A stretch of DNA of 64,000 bases from Squalus acanthias (lineage: Eukaryota), in assembly GCA_030390025.1 (NCBI GenBank), contig CM059437.1:78370001-78434000 (forward strand), in the 5' to 3' direction. How positions within the stretch are numbered: the stretch's first letter is position 1; the number at the start of each line of letters is the position of its first letter. The translations under genes and the position numbers were made by a program. The notes under the pieces were generated by a model. That model saw only the letters and a list, made by a program, of their open reading frames with translations, ran no database searches and had not been told where the DNA came from. This document shows positions 38,196-51,269 of the stretch, one piece after another.

Positions 38196-40805
38196 GGGAA
38201 GAGCTGGAAATCAAATAGATTTAAGGCCAGGGTAAAGCTGGGAAAAGGGGGAGGGGATAAAGGAACAAAGGAGGAGATGAAGAGACATTAAGAGCCAAAC
38301 GGAAATCCCGTCGAAGAGAAGAGCAGAACTTCTTCAAGGTAGGCATTCCAAGAAGAGAGGTGGCAGTGAACTTTTGGAGTGTAGTCACTGTTGTAATGTG
38401 GGAAACGCGGTAGCCAATTTGCGCACAGCAAGCTCCCATAAACAGTAATGTGATAATGACCAGATAATCTGTTTTTGTTATGTTGATTGAGGGATAAATA
38501 TTGGCCAGGACGCCGGGGATAACTCCCCTGCTCTTCTTCCAAATTGTGCTATGGGATCTTTTATGTCCACCTGAGAGAGCAGACAGGGCCTTGGTTTAAC
38601 GTCTCATCCAAAAGACGGCACCTCCTACAGTGCAGCACTCCCTCAGCACTGCACTGAGTGCCAGCCTAGATTTTTTTTTTATATGCTGAAGTCCCTGGAG
38701 TGGGACTTGAACCCACAACCTTCTGACTCAGAGGCGAGTGTGCTACCTGAGTCACAGCTGACACTTGAATATCCAAAATAGGAAAATCTTGCCTCTGAAT
38801 CCCAATAAATTTATGAAATAAAATAAAACCAGGTAAGCACTGAAACATATTAACAAGGCTTTCAGATTTTCTCAAAATCCTCAATAAGCATCAACATAGT
38901 TGACTTCTGGATATTTGGATTTTAGTAGGAAACAGTATCAATGCATTTCAGATTTATTAATCTTAATATTCAAAACACACAACCTGAAGTATGAACACAA
39001 AGGGTTTTCAAATCTTTCTATCAAATTTGGAACTGTAATAAATGATTCTACAATCAGTTCCAACGCTTTTCACTGTACTGCAATTACTTTTTCCATCAAG
39101 AATAGTTCATGACAAAAGTTCTCAGTGGACATGGGATGCATAAGAGTTGCATGAGCAACCTTGTGCCATTAACCTTCATATCACACCCACCCAGATTGGT
39201 TAACAAGATTTCCAATTTATCAGGAAATCAAAAATACAATTACTACTCAGACAATTCCTCTTGGCTATGCAGGTAATTGGAATCTCCTTGACTCCCTGTA
39301 ATAAACGCAACAATTCAGATACTAAGCATTGATGGTATTGTGACTCCCACGACTATTCATTCAGATAATTGGCAACACCATCATATTTCCCAGCTAGATA
39401 AAATTGTTTCAATCTCATTTACTGGGCATTCTAAGCATGCAGAAGCTCAGTTTTAACTGAAATTGAAAGCATTCATTTTTTATTTTTTACAAATATCATA
39501 CTCCTTAGGACAATTACTTCTAAGTCATACAACAGAAATATTCCAGGGGAAAACAGTTGCTTTGCTGCTGTTGTGCATGCACCTTCTTGAAGCTAGTTCA
39601 GAGAGGCACTGACGAAGGTCCAGAGCCGTTTGCTTGACTGCAACTGTTGCATGGCCACATGGGATTAGGACTATTGCGTGGTGGGTGAACATCAACACTG
39701 ACTGGTTGTGCCGAACAGCCGATTTTTGTGCTGCATAAGTAATTCTATATAATGGGGCAGAGCAGGCAAATGTTAACCTATGTTTTCACTTCCCAGGATT
39801 TTCTGGTTTATTTTAAATATATACATCATATAGATATGTCCAACAGTTACAATTCTTCTTTTTATTATATTCTCTGTGACACAGAGTCTGAATTAGAGCC
39901 AGGAAAAGTAGTGTGACTGAGGAAGTGCTTTGGTGACCTCTAAGCTACATCACAAAAAATGCTTCAAGCATTCGCCTTTGCTGCGATTCTGTTTCCACCA
40001 GAACAGTTTGAAACGGGATTCTGTTGAAATTTATATCTCCATATTGGCACTACACCAGCGTTACCAGGAATCCTGCCTGTCAGAAGAGAGCTGTGCATAA
40101 AACATGCCTGCAGAGGGTGCCATGGAGGTACTCTTCATCTTACTTCCATGTTGGGGACTAAAATAGACAAGCACATCAAGTGGTCTTCATTGCACTGATT
40201 ACCACTGGTGTTCACCAGCCTAGAGTTAAGTATGATCATTGTCAATTGGTGGATCGCGTGGCTGATTATTCAGCTAAGTCCACTGCTACTTCCGCAGACA
40301 CATCAATAGATAAGGGTAGACGACTGTGGCCATGATCCAGTAGTGCAATGCACTGGAACATCAATGAATTGTGCCGCAGTAGCAGGGACACACAGGTTTG
40401 ACCCCGTTACACTGCTGAGCTTCTGGTCTCAGCCATGCTACCGCGGTGAAGTGCTGAACAGAAGCAACAGAATAAACACAACTCAAAAGACAACCAACCA
40501 ACCAAGGAACAATGGAGAAAACAATGCCCTGGGGTTCACATGTCTCTTACAGGTTGTCCCAGAGTGGCACTGCCAGAGGTCTGTGAGCAGGACACCCTCT
40601 CAGTTAGACTGCAGGACATGTGCAGTCAGAAAACTTGGGGAAAAAAGAGAGAAATTTCTACCTCACAAAAATGAAAAGGTAGAAAACTACATAATCGCTA
40701 CTTTCCCCAGCCTCTGCTGTGACACCACTCTACCTAGTACAAAGACCTCATTTTAGCTCATGATTCCTAGAAGCTTGGAAAAGGAAATCATAAACTGATA
40801 CTCAC

Positions 40806-40920
40806 CAAGTGAAGCAAACTGCTTCTGCAGAGCCAGGCGGGACTGCAACCTCACACGCAGCAGTTTTATTGTAGTTTCCATGTGACTGGCACTCAAAGAA
40901 TTGTCAGCCATCACAAATTT
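40806..40920 (-). CDS. THOC5: THOC5 exon ([38 protein letters not shown])
   Basis: cgacag/gtgagt, 115 nt, phase 0 to 1. Confidence 0.96.
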
Positions 40921-41227
40921 CTGTCGGAAGGGTAGAAATAAAAAAAATGAAACAAAAACTCAATACAGAATAATCTTGCAATATACTGTATTCCAAAAAC
41001 GTTTTTGCAGAATAATTTCCAACATTCTCCAAATTTAAAATGGCCTACATAACAATAGTCACTTAGAAAACTGCCAGATTGCCATAAAAACACAACTGTT
41101 CACTAATGTCCTTAAGTGAAGGAAACCTGCTATCCCTAACCAGTCTGCCCTACACGTGACCAGTCTTTGTTAATGTCCTCAGGACAACTAGAAATGGGCA
41201 ATAAATACTGCCCTGCCAGTGGCAAAT

Positions 41228-42260
41228 ATAGAAACACAGGAACAGGAGTAGGCCATTCAGCCCCTCTAGCCTTTTCCGCCATTTAATCAGATCACAGTTG
41301 TACCTCAACTCCATTTACCCACCGTTGCTCCATATGCCTTGATGCCCTTACCCACCAAAAATCTATCAACCTCAGTCTTGAAAATTTAAATTGATCCAGC
41401 ATCCACAGCCTTTTGGGGAAGAGTGTTCCAGATTTCCACTACCCTTGTGTGACAAAGTACTTCCTGATTTCACTTCTAAATGGCCTAGCTGTGATATTGT
41501 GCACCATTGTTCTGGATTCCCCACCAGAGGAAATAGTCTTCTCTGTATGTACCCTATCAAATCCCTTCATCATTTTAAACCCCTCAACTGGATCACCCTT
41601 CAACCTTCTAAACTCAAGGAAATGCAATTCACATTTATGCAACTTGTCTTCATAACTTAACCTTTTAAGCCCTAGTATCTCCAAGGCCAATTTATCCTTC
41701 CTGAGGTGCGATGCCCAAAACTGAACGCAGTACTCCAGATGGGGTCTCTGACCAAGGCGTTGTACAACTGAAGCATAACTTTCTCCTCTTTGTATTCCAG
41801 CCCCCTCGAGATAAAGGCCACCATTCCATTAGCTTTTTTGATTACTTTTTGTACCTGTGCTTCAGGTACCAGCTTTTAGTGATTTGTGTACAGACACCCA
41901 AATCCCTTTGCTTCTCCATAGTTCCTAATCTCTCTGCATTATGAAAATATTATGGTTTGTCTTTCTCAGATCCAAATCTCACACTTCCTCACATTTAACT
42001 TTAACTGCCGTAGCTTTGCACACTTACTTAATCTGTTTATGTCCCTTTGCAACTTCCTGCTCCTATCTACACAACTTACTGTGCCTCCTAACACGGGTTA
42101 TCTGCAAACATGAATATACAACTCCCTATTCCTTCATGCAAGTCATAGATATATGGTGAAAAGCTGAGGCCTCAGTACAGATCCCTGGGGAACACTACTT
42201 GCCATGTCCCTCCAGTCAGAGTACATTTCCTTTATCTCTACTCTGTTTCCTAGCCACCAA
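41228..42260 (-). mobile_element. Degenerate CR1 3' portion
   Basis: RT C-terminal remnant (ORF 41439-41690) and CR1 3'UTR. Confidence 0.8.
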
Positions 42261-42938
42261 CCTATTACCGCATCCCAGGAAACAATAAATAAGAAAAGCA
42301 CTATATATAAATGAATTACTACAACAAAATCATTCGCTGGATAAGAAATGGAAATTTTTACTATACATAGACAATTTCACAATAGAGTGGTCATGCTTTA
42401 CTACGAAGTTTCAATCATACATCTCATCCTGAGAATACCTGCTTGTGCATAATTTATGTTGACAAATAAATCTTGATCACTAACAATAGTACAGCCCTCC
42501 CTCATTTAACAGCCGTGCATTTTGCTCATTGTGTTGTAGAATTCGCTATAATTAATGTCCCATATCAAACGGTAAAATAAAGTCAAAAGCCAAGATCCAT
42601 TGTAGCTGATAGCAGAGATGATGACCCATTTTTACTTATTGTCTAATGGAGCTGGTACAATGCCTTAATGGCCATCACTAAAGTAGTTTTAATAGAAAAT
42701 TGCTCATTGGCAGATAGGCAAACTATGGTCACTGATAGAACGTAGGTTGTTAGTCCTAATAGTGAATCCATAGGAAAAAAAATCTCTTCACAATAATGTC
42801 TCCACTTCCACACCAAAGAAATTCCCTACCACGTATACTACAGTGTGTTTTTACTTACCCCAAGTCAAATTTTGGAATGTTGCTCACTTAACACCACTAA
42901 TATTTTAATGAGCACCTCTCTAAATTCCAAAGCCTCAC

Positions 42939-43035
42939 CTGTGGCTGATCCTTTGGAAAATGCAGTCCTCCAAGCTTTTGAACCCAAACATAGGGGTGTC
43001 CCAGCTCCCCAATGTAGTCACTGAAGGTTAAAATT
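42939..43035 (-). CDS. THOC5: THOC5 exon ([32 protein letters not shown])
   Basis: ccctag/gtgagg, 97 nt, phase 2 to 0. Confidence 0.96.
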
Positions 43036-43079
43036 CTAGGGAAAATAAAACAGTTTTAAGATCAATATATAGAGACATT

Positions 43080-43741
43080 GGGCTGGATTTTACTCACCGA
43101 GACGCGTTGGGGGCGGGACTGCTGCCTTCCGGGTTCTAGTCCCGCCCCCAGCGACGTCGGACACACAGACGCTATTTTGCCCTGATTGGCCTTGTTAAGC
43201 CAGCCCTGCAGGCTTGCCAGCCAATTAAGGGAAAGCCAGTATCAGATGACGCCAGTTGATGACGCTTCATCTGCCGGTTTTCTTAAAGGCATATGCACCA
43301 CACTTGCTTGACAGATGATTTGACAGTGTTTGACAGCATTGAGGTGCTGTCAAACACTGACAATCACTGTACACAGGTGAGCCCCTGCACCCAGACTCTC
43401 CAGTGACTCTCTCCTTAGGATGAAACAGATGGCAGCTGCAGGTGAGGGTACAGAAGCAATCCGTTACTTCTCCCACTGAGGTGAGGCCACACAAACACTT
43501 CAAAGCTTGTCACCTACAGAAAAATGTAAACACATTAAAAATGAATTTCCCAACATTTCCTGCTGATACTCACCAGTGTCTCATTGCATCCTTCACACCA
43601 CTTCTGCAGCTGTCATCTATATACCAACATAACAGACCCACAGCACGCCTCACTTATCCTGGCGGGGTTCCCTGACGTCGGGAAGCCCGCAGCAGACTTT
43701 CCCAGCAGTCCCGCCTCCTCAGGGCTGGTAAAATCCAGCCC
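43080..43741. mobile_element. Harbinger-like MITE
   Basis: Perfect TIRs GGGCTGGATTTTAC / GTAAAATCCAGCCC. Interior related, in inverted orientation, to 52821-53663. Confidence 0.75.
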
Positions 43742-44154
43742 TTTATATCAGAATATTTGCACTCTAATTTCTGTTCTTAGGGTCAGATTTGCTTTGTGGA
43801 AAAAGCAGATTTTGAGAACTAGAGGCAAAGGCTTAGCATACTGTTGTTTCATCTCTGGCATCTGACTTTAATCCAAACTGATGGAATGAATGACTACCTC
43901 TGCCAGCTGAACGGTTCACAAGATAGACAGATGAGGAAGGCCATTCAGCCTATTTTTGCTCATCCACCTAGAAAAAGCAATGAATGAATCCTGCCACGGC
44001 ATCACAAATACAGTCACCAAGCATAGTAATTCAGAAAAAACACCCTACTTCAATTAATATTACACGTCTCCAACAAATTTGTGATACTGAGATGCTGTTT
44101 TAATTGACATACTGTAGCTTATGGTAGTGAAAGGTAATGAAAGAAAGCACTTAC

Positions 44155-44256
44155 CCAACTTTATCAAACTGATACTGATTAGCAGGATTTGGAGTCTTCT
44201 TGCCGTGGTCTCCAGGGTACAGACAACTCAGTAACGAGGCTGGAGACAATAGATCT
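44155..44256 (-). CDS. THOC5: THOC5 exon ([34 protein letters not shown])
   Basis: atgcag/gtaagt, 102 nt, phase 2 to 2. Confidence 0.97.
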
Positions 44257-44680
44257 CTGCATTTGTAAAAGATTTAAAAAATATACACGGAAGAGAGTGA
44301 AACTATCACTAAAATTGCATATAAAACATGAACAGTAATCATAATCTTTCTATATCAGTTTCTTTACAATTAGGGCATAGATCCAAGGCAAGCCAGATAT
44401 TCCCATGTATCGTGAAAGCCTCTTAAAATTAAATCAGAAGGATGATTGCAGTTCCCTCACATTTTATGAATTGTGTTGGTCACCATGCTGCTTGCGACGA
44501 GTTCCTGCTTCCGGTCTCGTAAATGCTTAAACCGATACTTGTCTAATGATCAATCAGTGACTGTTGTCCTCAAGGGGGCGGTAAGTGGGTTCTCTTTCAA
44601 GTTGAGTTAGTTCCAAGATAACATGCCTGACACAGGAGATTGGAGCGGAGTTGATCCTCTGTGACAGACTCAGTAATCTG

Positions 44681-45407
44681 GGGGTAGAGTCTCCACTCGT
44701 TTACGCCAGTAATATCAGTGCAATCTGGGGGAAATCGGCCGAACCAGCGCAAAAGATCGGAGAATTTTAAACGTGAGTTACACCCAAAACCACTTATGTT
44801 TGTGTTTTCCGTGATCTTTTATGCTGGTTTAAGATTCAATTTACCCAGGTCAGGCCCCACCACAAAACTGGCCACTACCCCAGGTCGAAATTGCGAGATT
44901 CCGCTGGTTAGGGAAGGCTCTTCAAATTGCTTAATTTTTTTTTTGGTGCACAGGCATTAGTGGACACGTTTTTAAAGATTTTTCAGATCAAAAAATATTT
45001 AATTTACTAAGAAACTGACTAGAGTACACCAATGAAAGTAGTAAATGGTTCAGTATAGTTTTAAAAAAAAAGTAATTTTCAGTGATTGTAAATCAGGTTA
45101 CTCACAGGTGAAGGACTAAGCACTCTTATGAAAAATGCTTATTTTTTGTGATAAACCCATTTCCAGCTGTACTAATAAAACTGGACCAGGTTATCATCTT
45201 AAATACATCAATGAATACTGTTTAATGGAGAAAAAAAATGATTACGTTCTATTACATTGCCCGACTGTGCTGGTTCACGGACGATTTTACGTTTGTGATT
45301 ATGCAAATGATTTTTATTGGAAACTTGAGCTGTAACCTAACCAGCACAATTTCCAGCTCATTTTGGGCGCAATTTCCCGACTGCGCCCAAAGTGGAAACT
45401 CTACCCC
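44681..45407. mobile_element. Harbinger-like MITE
   Basis: TIRs GGGGTAGAGTCTCCACT / AGTGGAAACTCTACCCC; 3-bp TSD CTG on both sides. Confidence 0.8.
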
Positions 45408-45612
45408 CTGATGTTTAAGGCAGATAGGTCTGTAGCATTCCGAGGTATTGCTAATTATAGACCAGTCAAGCTTGGCTCATTGATGAGAAGTAGTCACTGG
45501 GAGCTGGAATTCCTCTCTCGGCTCCGGATATTTTTGCAAGCCAATGCTGTAACCAAACCCAATTATGTCAACGCGGGTACAATATTTTGGTTTCTCTCGC
45601 CTCAGCCCTTAC

Positions 45613-45721
45613 CCTGCACTGATAGCTATGGACATTTCTGTAGCTGTGGTCACTTTAGTCTTGACAGTCATTATATTGAGGCTCATCAAATAGTGGAAGT
45701 AGAGGTGAAGGACACTGCCAT
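45613..45721 (-). CDS. THOC5: THOC5 exon ([37 protein letters not shown])
   Basis: tggcag/gtaagg, 109 nt, phase 1 to 2. Confidence 0.96.
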
Positions 45722-46370
45722 CTGCCAAAAGAGGAAGAAGATAACTGAAGATTAAAAAACAAACTATAAATCTGATCAATGTGTATTTCAGCACACACTT
45801 GGGGAAAGCAGGAATGCTTGGAAAAATATTTAGGAACACAAGTAGGGTTTACCATCCGAAAGCGTCCAATACCACAACTAGATGTTTCACTGAAGATTTC
45901 AATTCCAGCGTTAGGCAATAATTAGGCACACATTAAGATGCTAATCTACAAAGAATTACAGTTTGCACAACTAATGCAAAACCTACAAATCGTTTTTGAA
46001 AAATCTTTGATGTGTTATATATTGTGTCCATTTCAACATGATACCAGAGGAATCCAAATGTTTTAAAAAGATGTTAGCTGACGCTACAGGTATTCTTTTT
46101 AAATTTTGAGCACAGCCTTTATTCAGTACATAAAGCTTTGATGTAGTCCCACTCTTTGCAATAAGCACACACAAACTTTGGTTTGAAGATAGTAGCACAC
46201 TATGGAGATAGCACATTAAAGACAAAACAGCTGTTTTGATTTTACATAACCCATTTTGACTTTGTTATTTGCACAACTGGTTTCTGTGACTTTAGATAAT
46301 ATAAAGTGAGTGCGCAGGCCTTGTTGTCAGTAATATTATTTTTGAGGATGAAGGGGTGGTCAGTTCTAAC

Positions 46371-46470
46371 CTTTGTATTTCAGGTCTAAAGTAACAGACA
46401 GAGGGTGCCGTTTTAACATTTCTCTGCGTTTATCATCCAGCTGTAGGCCAAGAGTTGGGCGGCGACGTTT
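46371..46470 (-). CDS. THOC5: THOC5 exon ([33 protein letters not shown])
   Basis: ttccag/gttaga, 100 nt, phase 0 to 1. Confidence 0.96.
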
Positions 46471-47012
46471 CTGGAAAACAGATCAATAGTTTAGCCAACG
46501 ATTCACACTGCCATTTGATTTTAAAAATATAAATACAGTACGAGCTGCAATTAAAGGATTTGGGCACTTGCTGCAAGAGCGACTCAAGACTTCAGGAAAG
46601 TGTCATAACACTACAGTAAAACTTATAATTAGGCACAAGAAAAGGGGCCAATCATATTTTAATACCTTCTCCCAGTGCTTATTCTAGGTTATACCATAAG
46701 AACATTTACCCTTTCCCTTCATGGGGATGTTTTTCACAACACCTTCCAAAAATAATTAGGCAGCACATTAATAAGCACTGAATAATTTTTTCAGAGATCA
46801 CTTTAGAAGTATGTTTCAGTACGCAAATTGTTTAGCTTAGAAGACAATCTTGACATCTCATTCTTTTACAAATCAGTCACAAAGAAATGCATTAATTTTA
46901 AAATGACTTTTGGAATATTTTGCTTAGATACAATGAATACTGATGATGGCATGAGAACAACATGCTTGGTGGAGCTGCCAAGTCTGATTGTCTGAGGGAG
47001 CTGAGTTATCAG

Positions 47013-47168
47013 CAATGTTCCCCCTAAGCTACGCAGCAGTCTGGAGGTCCCGCTGAGGCCGCTCAATGGCTTTTAAATTGGAGAAACTGCACATGCGCGA
47101 AAATTTGAATGGGTTGCACAGCCACTTAAAGGGACCGCGCACCCCCAAAAAATTACGAGGCAACATTG
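47013..47168. mobile_element. hAT-type MITE
   Basis: Termini CAATGTTCC / GCAACATTG; perfect 8-bp TSD GTTATCAG. Confidence 0.85.
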
Positions 47169-48178
47169 GTTATCAGTAGAGACAGTCAACCAAGACTGGT
47201 TTAGCAATCATATATTTTTAACAGTGTATGGTAACTCAGCTCCCTCACAGTGCCGGGTTCAGCAATTCTCCTGGATAGTACTGTTCATTGATGTAATTAG
47301 CAAATTCTGAACAAAACTATTTTAAAAGACACGAAACATATTAAAACTGCAATGAAATTTGTTTCTCAAGGTCATTCATACTATGCACTTGCGTAAAGAG
47401 AGTACATAGGGGAACTGCTTCATGAGCAGTTTTGCATAAAATAATGTCATTTCTAAAGTTGGGGAGAGTGAAAAAGATGACAATTATAAATGATAATATT
47501 GGCAAGACTCCCTCTTTAACCTTCCCTCCATCAGCATATAGCCTCCAATCCCAAATAAAATTATATATGAATACATAAAAGAGAATTTAAAATTTTTTTG
47601 ACTCCCCCATCTTGTACAGTATATTGAAATTCAGCATTGTGTAAAATATAACTTTTTTTTAAATCCCCATGTGGCAACTTTCTTCTGTTGGAACCCTGTG
47701 TATAAAAATAATCTGTGTTCCTGTTACAATTTTGGATTTTTATAGAACTATCTCAACAACAATTCTCCTTAATGGACCTTTCCTCCTATGATCCAGAAGC
47801 TTTTTATATATTGTGCATTGCGTAGATGCATATTTAGTAATTAAAAACCAACTGGGAACTGTGATTGGTTATAGATAACAAAAACGATATGGCCTATTCG
47901 ACCCAGTGCTGACTTTCTGACTGTATATTCGTTCCATCACAAAGACCACCTACTTCCAGCTCTGTAACATAGTTTGCCTTTCGCCCCTACCTCAGCCCAT
48001 CTGCCGCTGAAACCCTCATCCGTGTCTTGTCACTTTCAGACTGGACTATTCCAAGGTTTTGCTGGCTGCCCTCCCATCCTCCAACCTCTGTAACCTTCAG
48101 CTCATCAAAAACTCTGCTGCCCATATTCTATCCTGTACCAAGTCCCACTCTTCTACCACCCTGGTCCTTGCTGACCTA

Positions 48179-49437
48179 AATAACAACAGAAAACGCTGGA
48201 AAAACTCAGCAGGCCAGACAACATCCGTGGAGCGAGAAAGAAAGTTAACGTTTCAGGTCGATGACCTTTCGTCAGAACTGGAAAGAGCCGGAAATCAAAT
48301 AGATTTAAGGCCAGGATAAAGCTGGGAAAAGGGGGAGGGGATAAAGGAACAAAAGGGGAGATAAAGAGACATTAAGAGATATGCAAGGCAAGAGGTGGTG
48401 TTAATGTGACAGGTTAAGGCTGAAAGAAGTGTGAAATCCACTGGCAGAATGAAGGACAGCTGCCAGCTTCTAGGAGGAAAAAAAAGTGGGGGGGGGGGGC
48501 CAAATAAAAGGGTGGATGAAAAAATAAAATATAAATGTGATTGGAGCTGAGGTTATGATCTGAAATTGTTGAACTCGATATTGAGTCCAGAGGGCTGTAG
48601 CGTGCCTAAACGAAAGATGAGGTGCTGTTCCTCGAGCTTACGCTGCGCTTCCGTGGAACAGTGTAATAGGCTGACGACGGTGAGGTCAGAGTGGGAGTGA
48701 AGCGGTGAATTAAAGTGACAGGCGACCGGGAGCTCGGGGTCCCCCTTACGGACTGAACGGAGGTGTTCCGCAAAGCGGTCACCCAATCTGCGTTTGGTCT
48801 CCCCAATGTAGAGGAGACCACATCGTGAGCAGCGAATACAGTACACTAAATTGCAGGAAGTACAAGTAAATCGCTGTTTCACCTGGAAGGGGTGTTTGGG
48901 GCCCTGGACAGTGGGAAGAGGGGAGGTATAAGGGCATGTGTTGCATCTCCTGCACGTGCACAGGAAGGTGCCGGGCGAAGGGGAAGGGGTGCTGGGGGTG
49001 GTAGAGGAGTGGACTAGGGTGTCGCGGATGGAGCGGTCCCTGCGGAATGCTGAAAGGGGAGGTGAGGGGAAGATGCGTTTGGTGGTGGGATCACGCTGGA
49101 GGTGGCGGAAATGGCGGAGGATGATCCGTTGAATGTGGAGGCTGGTGGGGTGAAAGGTGAGGACAAGGGGAACCCTATCGTGGTTCCGGGAGGGAGGGGC
49201 AGGGGTGAGGGCAGAAGTGCGGGAGATAGAACGGACACGGTCGAGGGCCGTGTCGACCACGGTAGAGGGGAATCCTCGGTTGAGGAAAAAGGAAGACATG
49301 TCGGAAGCACTGGTATGGAAGGTGGCATCATCAGAGCAGATGCGGCGGAGACGGAGAAACTGGGAGAATGGAATAGAGTCCTTACAGGAGGCGGGGTGGG
49401 AGGAAGTGTAGTCCAGGTAGCTGTGGGAGTCAGTGGG
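48179..49437 (-). mobile_element. Penelope-like element (Neptune-type), 5'-truncated, young
   Basis: TSD (CTT)GCTGACCTA at 48167-48178 / 49438-49449. Open frame encodes RT thumb, Cys-rich linker and GIY-YIG endonuclease; 3' region carries a hammerhead. Confidence 0.92.
48243..48279 (-). ncRNA. Minimal hammerhead ribozyme in the Penelope 3' region
   Basis: AGUU CUGACGA A AGGUC-AUC-GACCU GAAA C GUU AACU. Confidence 0.7.
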
Positions 49438-49440
49438 CTT
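48553..49440 (-). pseudogene. Penelope ORF C-terminal part (RT thumb + Zn-finger linker + GIY-YIG endonuclease), no stops
   Basis: KPTDSHSYLDY...CTCRRCNTCPY...NLVYCIRCSRCGLLYIGET...RFAEH...VACHF...GLN. Confidence 0.9.
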
Positions 49441-50151
49441 GCTGACCTATGTTGGCTCCCGGTCCCCCAACAACTCAAATTAAAATTGTCATCTTTGTCG
49501 CATCACTCCTACCAATCCATAACCACCAACCACCACCGATCTCCACATTCCACTGACTTTGGCCTCTTTCCTCCGTCTCACCAATGGAGGCTATGCCTTC
49601 AGCTGCTTAAGCCTCACCCTCTGGAATTCCCTCCCTAAACCTCACCGCCTCTCCACCTTGAAGGCTGTCCTTAAAAGCCACCTCTTTGATCAAGCTAATA
49701 TCTCCTTCAACCCTGTTCCACTTTTTATATACTAGGTTTACAAGCACTGGGCTTGCTTAGTTCACACAGAAATTAACTGATGATCATTGCATAGTAAAAC
49801 CTTTATATATATTGAGAATTCACGATAAGTCATGCATTGAAGCGATTATATTCATTATAACTTGTACTGAACCATGTGGCAAGTATGGCAAAACACACTT
49901 GGATACATCCACTGCAGAGTAATTTTGATCACACAGCAAAAAAGATATTTGTACTTTTAAAGTTCCAGTTCCTAATGAAGAATAAAGGGTACCACCTGAA
50001 ACACTGCACTCTCTTTTCTCTACCAACTTGCTTTGTGTTTCCAGCATTGTCTGGTTTAGTGATTGCTGGCCAATGGAGCAGAATTTTAGATTTTGTTTAG
50101 GAATGTACCAACGCCGCCAAACATCCACTGAACAGCGAGTGAGTTACTCAC

Positions 50152-50195
50152 AGTTGTTGTCTGCTCTTCCTCTGCATCCGAGTCACTTTCATCAT
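50152..50195 (-). CDS. THOC5: THOC5 exon (DDESDSDAEEEQTTT)
   Basis: atgcag/gtgagt, 44 nt, phase 1 to 0. Confidence 0.95.
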
Positions 50196-50301
50196 CTGCA
50201 TAAAAAGGCAAAGAAACTAAGAACCAAGGAAAAGGAAAACGGACTTGATCTTATACAGTCCTAATTAACTGAAATAATGGACAATCTGTGCCAAATGCAC
50301 C

Positions 50302-51095
50302 TGTGTGAGGTAATGCATTTGGGGAGGGCTAACAAGGCAAGGGAATACACAATAAATGGTATGTCACTAAGAAGTGCAGAGTATCAGAGGGACCTTGGAG
50401 TGCATGTCCACAGATCCCTGAAGGTAGCAGCGCAGGTAGATAAGGTGGTTAAGGCGGCATACGGGATACTTGCCTTTATTAGCTGAGGCATAGAATATAA
50501 GAGCAGGGAGGTTATGCTTTGAACTGTATAAAACACTAGTTAGGCCGCAGCTAGAATACTGCGTGCAGTTCTGGTCACCACATTACAGGAAGGATGTGAT
50601 TGCACTAGAGAGGGTGCAGAGGAGATTTACGAGGATGTTGCCTGGGCTGGGGAATTTTAGCTATGAGGAAAGATTGGATAGGCTGGGGTTGTTTTCTTTG
50701 GAACAGAGGAGGCCGAGGGGAGACCTAATTGAGGTGTATAAAATTTTGAGGGGCCTAGATAGAGAGGATAGGAAGGACCTATTTCCCTTACCAGAGAGGT
50801 CAATAACCAGGGGGCATAGATTTAAAGTAATTGGTAGGAGGTTTAGAGGGGATTTGAGGAGAAATTTTTTCACCCAGAGGGTTGTGGGGGTCTGGAACTC
50901 ACTGCCTGAACGGGTGGTAGAGGCAGAAACCCTCATCACATTTAAAAAGTACTTGGATATGCACTTGAAGTGCCGTAACCTACAAGGCTACGGACCAAGT
51001 ACTGGAAAGTGGGATTAGGCTGGATAACTGTTGGCCGGCATGGACAAGATGGGCTGAATGGCTTCCTTCTGTGCCGTAAATTTCAATGATTCTAT
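50302..51095 (+). mobile_element. CR1 3' fragment
   Basis: ORFs 50277-50486 and 50563-51018; ATTCTATG-type tail. Confidence 0.9.
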
Positions 51096-51269
51096 GAGAT
51101 TAGACTGGGAATTGTACCTGGGACCTTCCAGGTCTGTACGGCTTAGTTAATTACCAGATAAACTTGCTGAGCCATTGGGGAAAAAAGCATTTGATTGCTA
51201 ATTAAAAGCAAAAATTAATTTTCAAGTAAAATTCCAAATTGCCCCAATTTCCACCCACTATAAGATTAC

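Larger units (their letters stand above)
37775..38370 (-). mobile_element. Non-autonomous Penelope-derived tandem mini-element (320-bp period)
   Basis: 37781-38050 repeated at 38101-38370; TSD CTTTTGGA (37767-37774 / 38371-38378). Its 3' 200 bp are shared with the Penelope element at 48179. Confidence 0.9.
37691..38763 (-). mobile_element. Deu-domain SINE (SacSINE1-like), split by a Penelope-derived insert
   Basis: 37691-37774 plus 38371-38763 align to 8437-8876; B box GGTTCAAGTCC. Confidence 0.88.
47925..49710 (+). mobile_element. L2 3' fragment (about 47925-48178 plus 49450-49710), split by the Penelope insertion
   Basis: Homologous to the reverse complement of 17700-18230. Confidence 0.75.
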
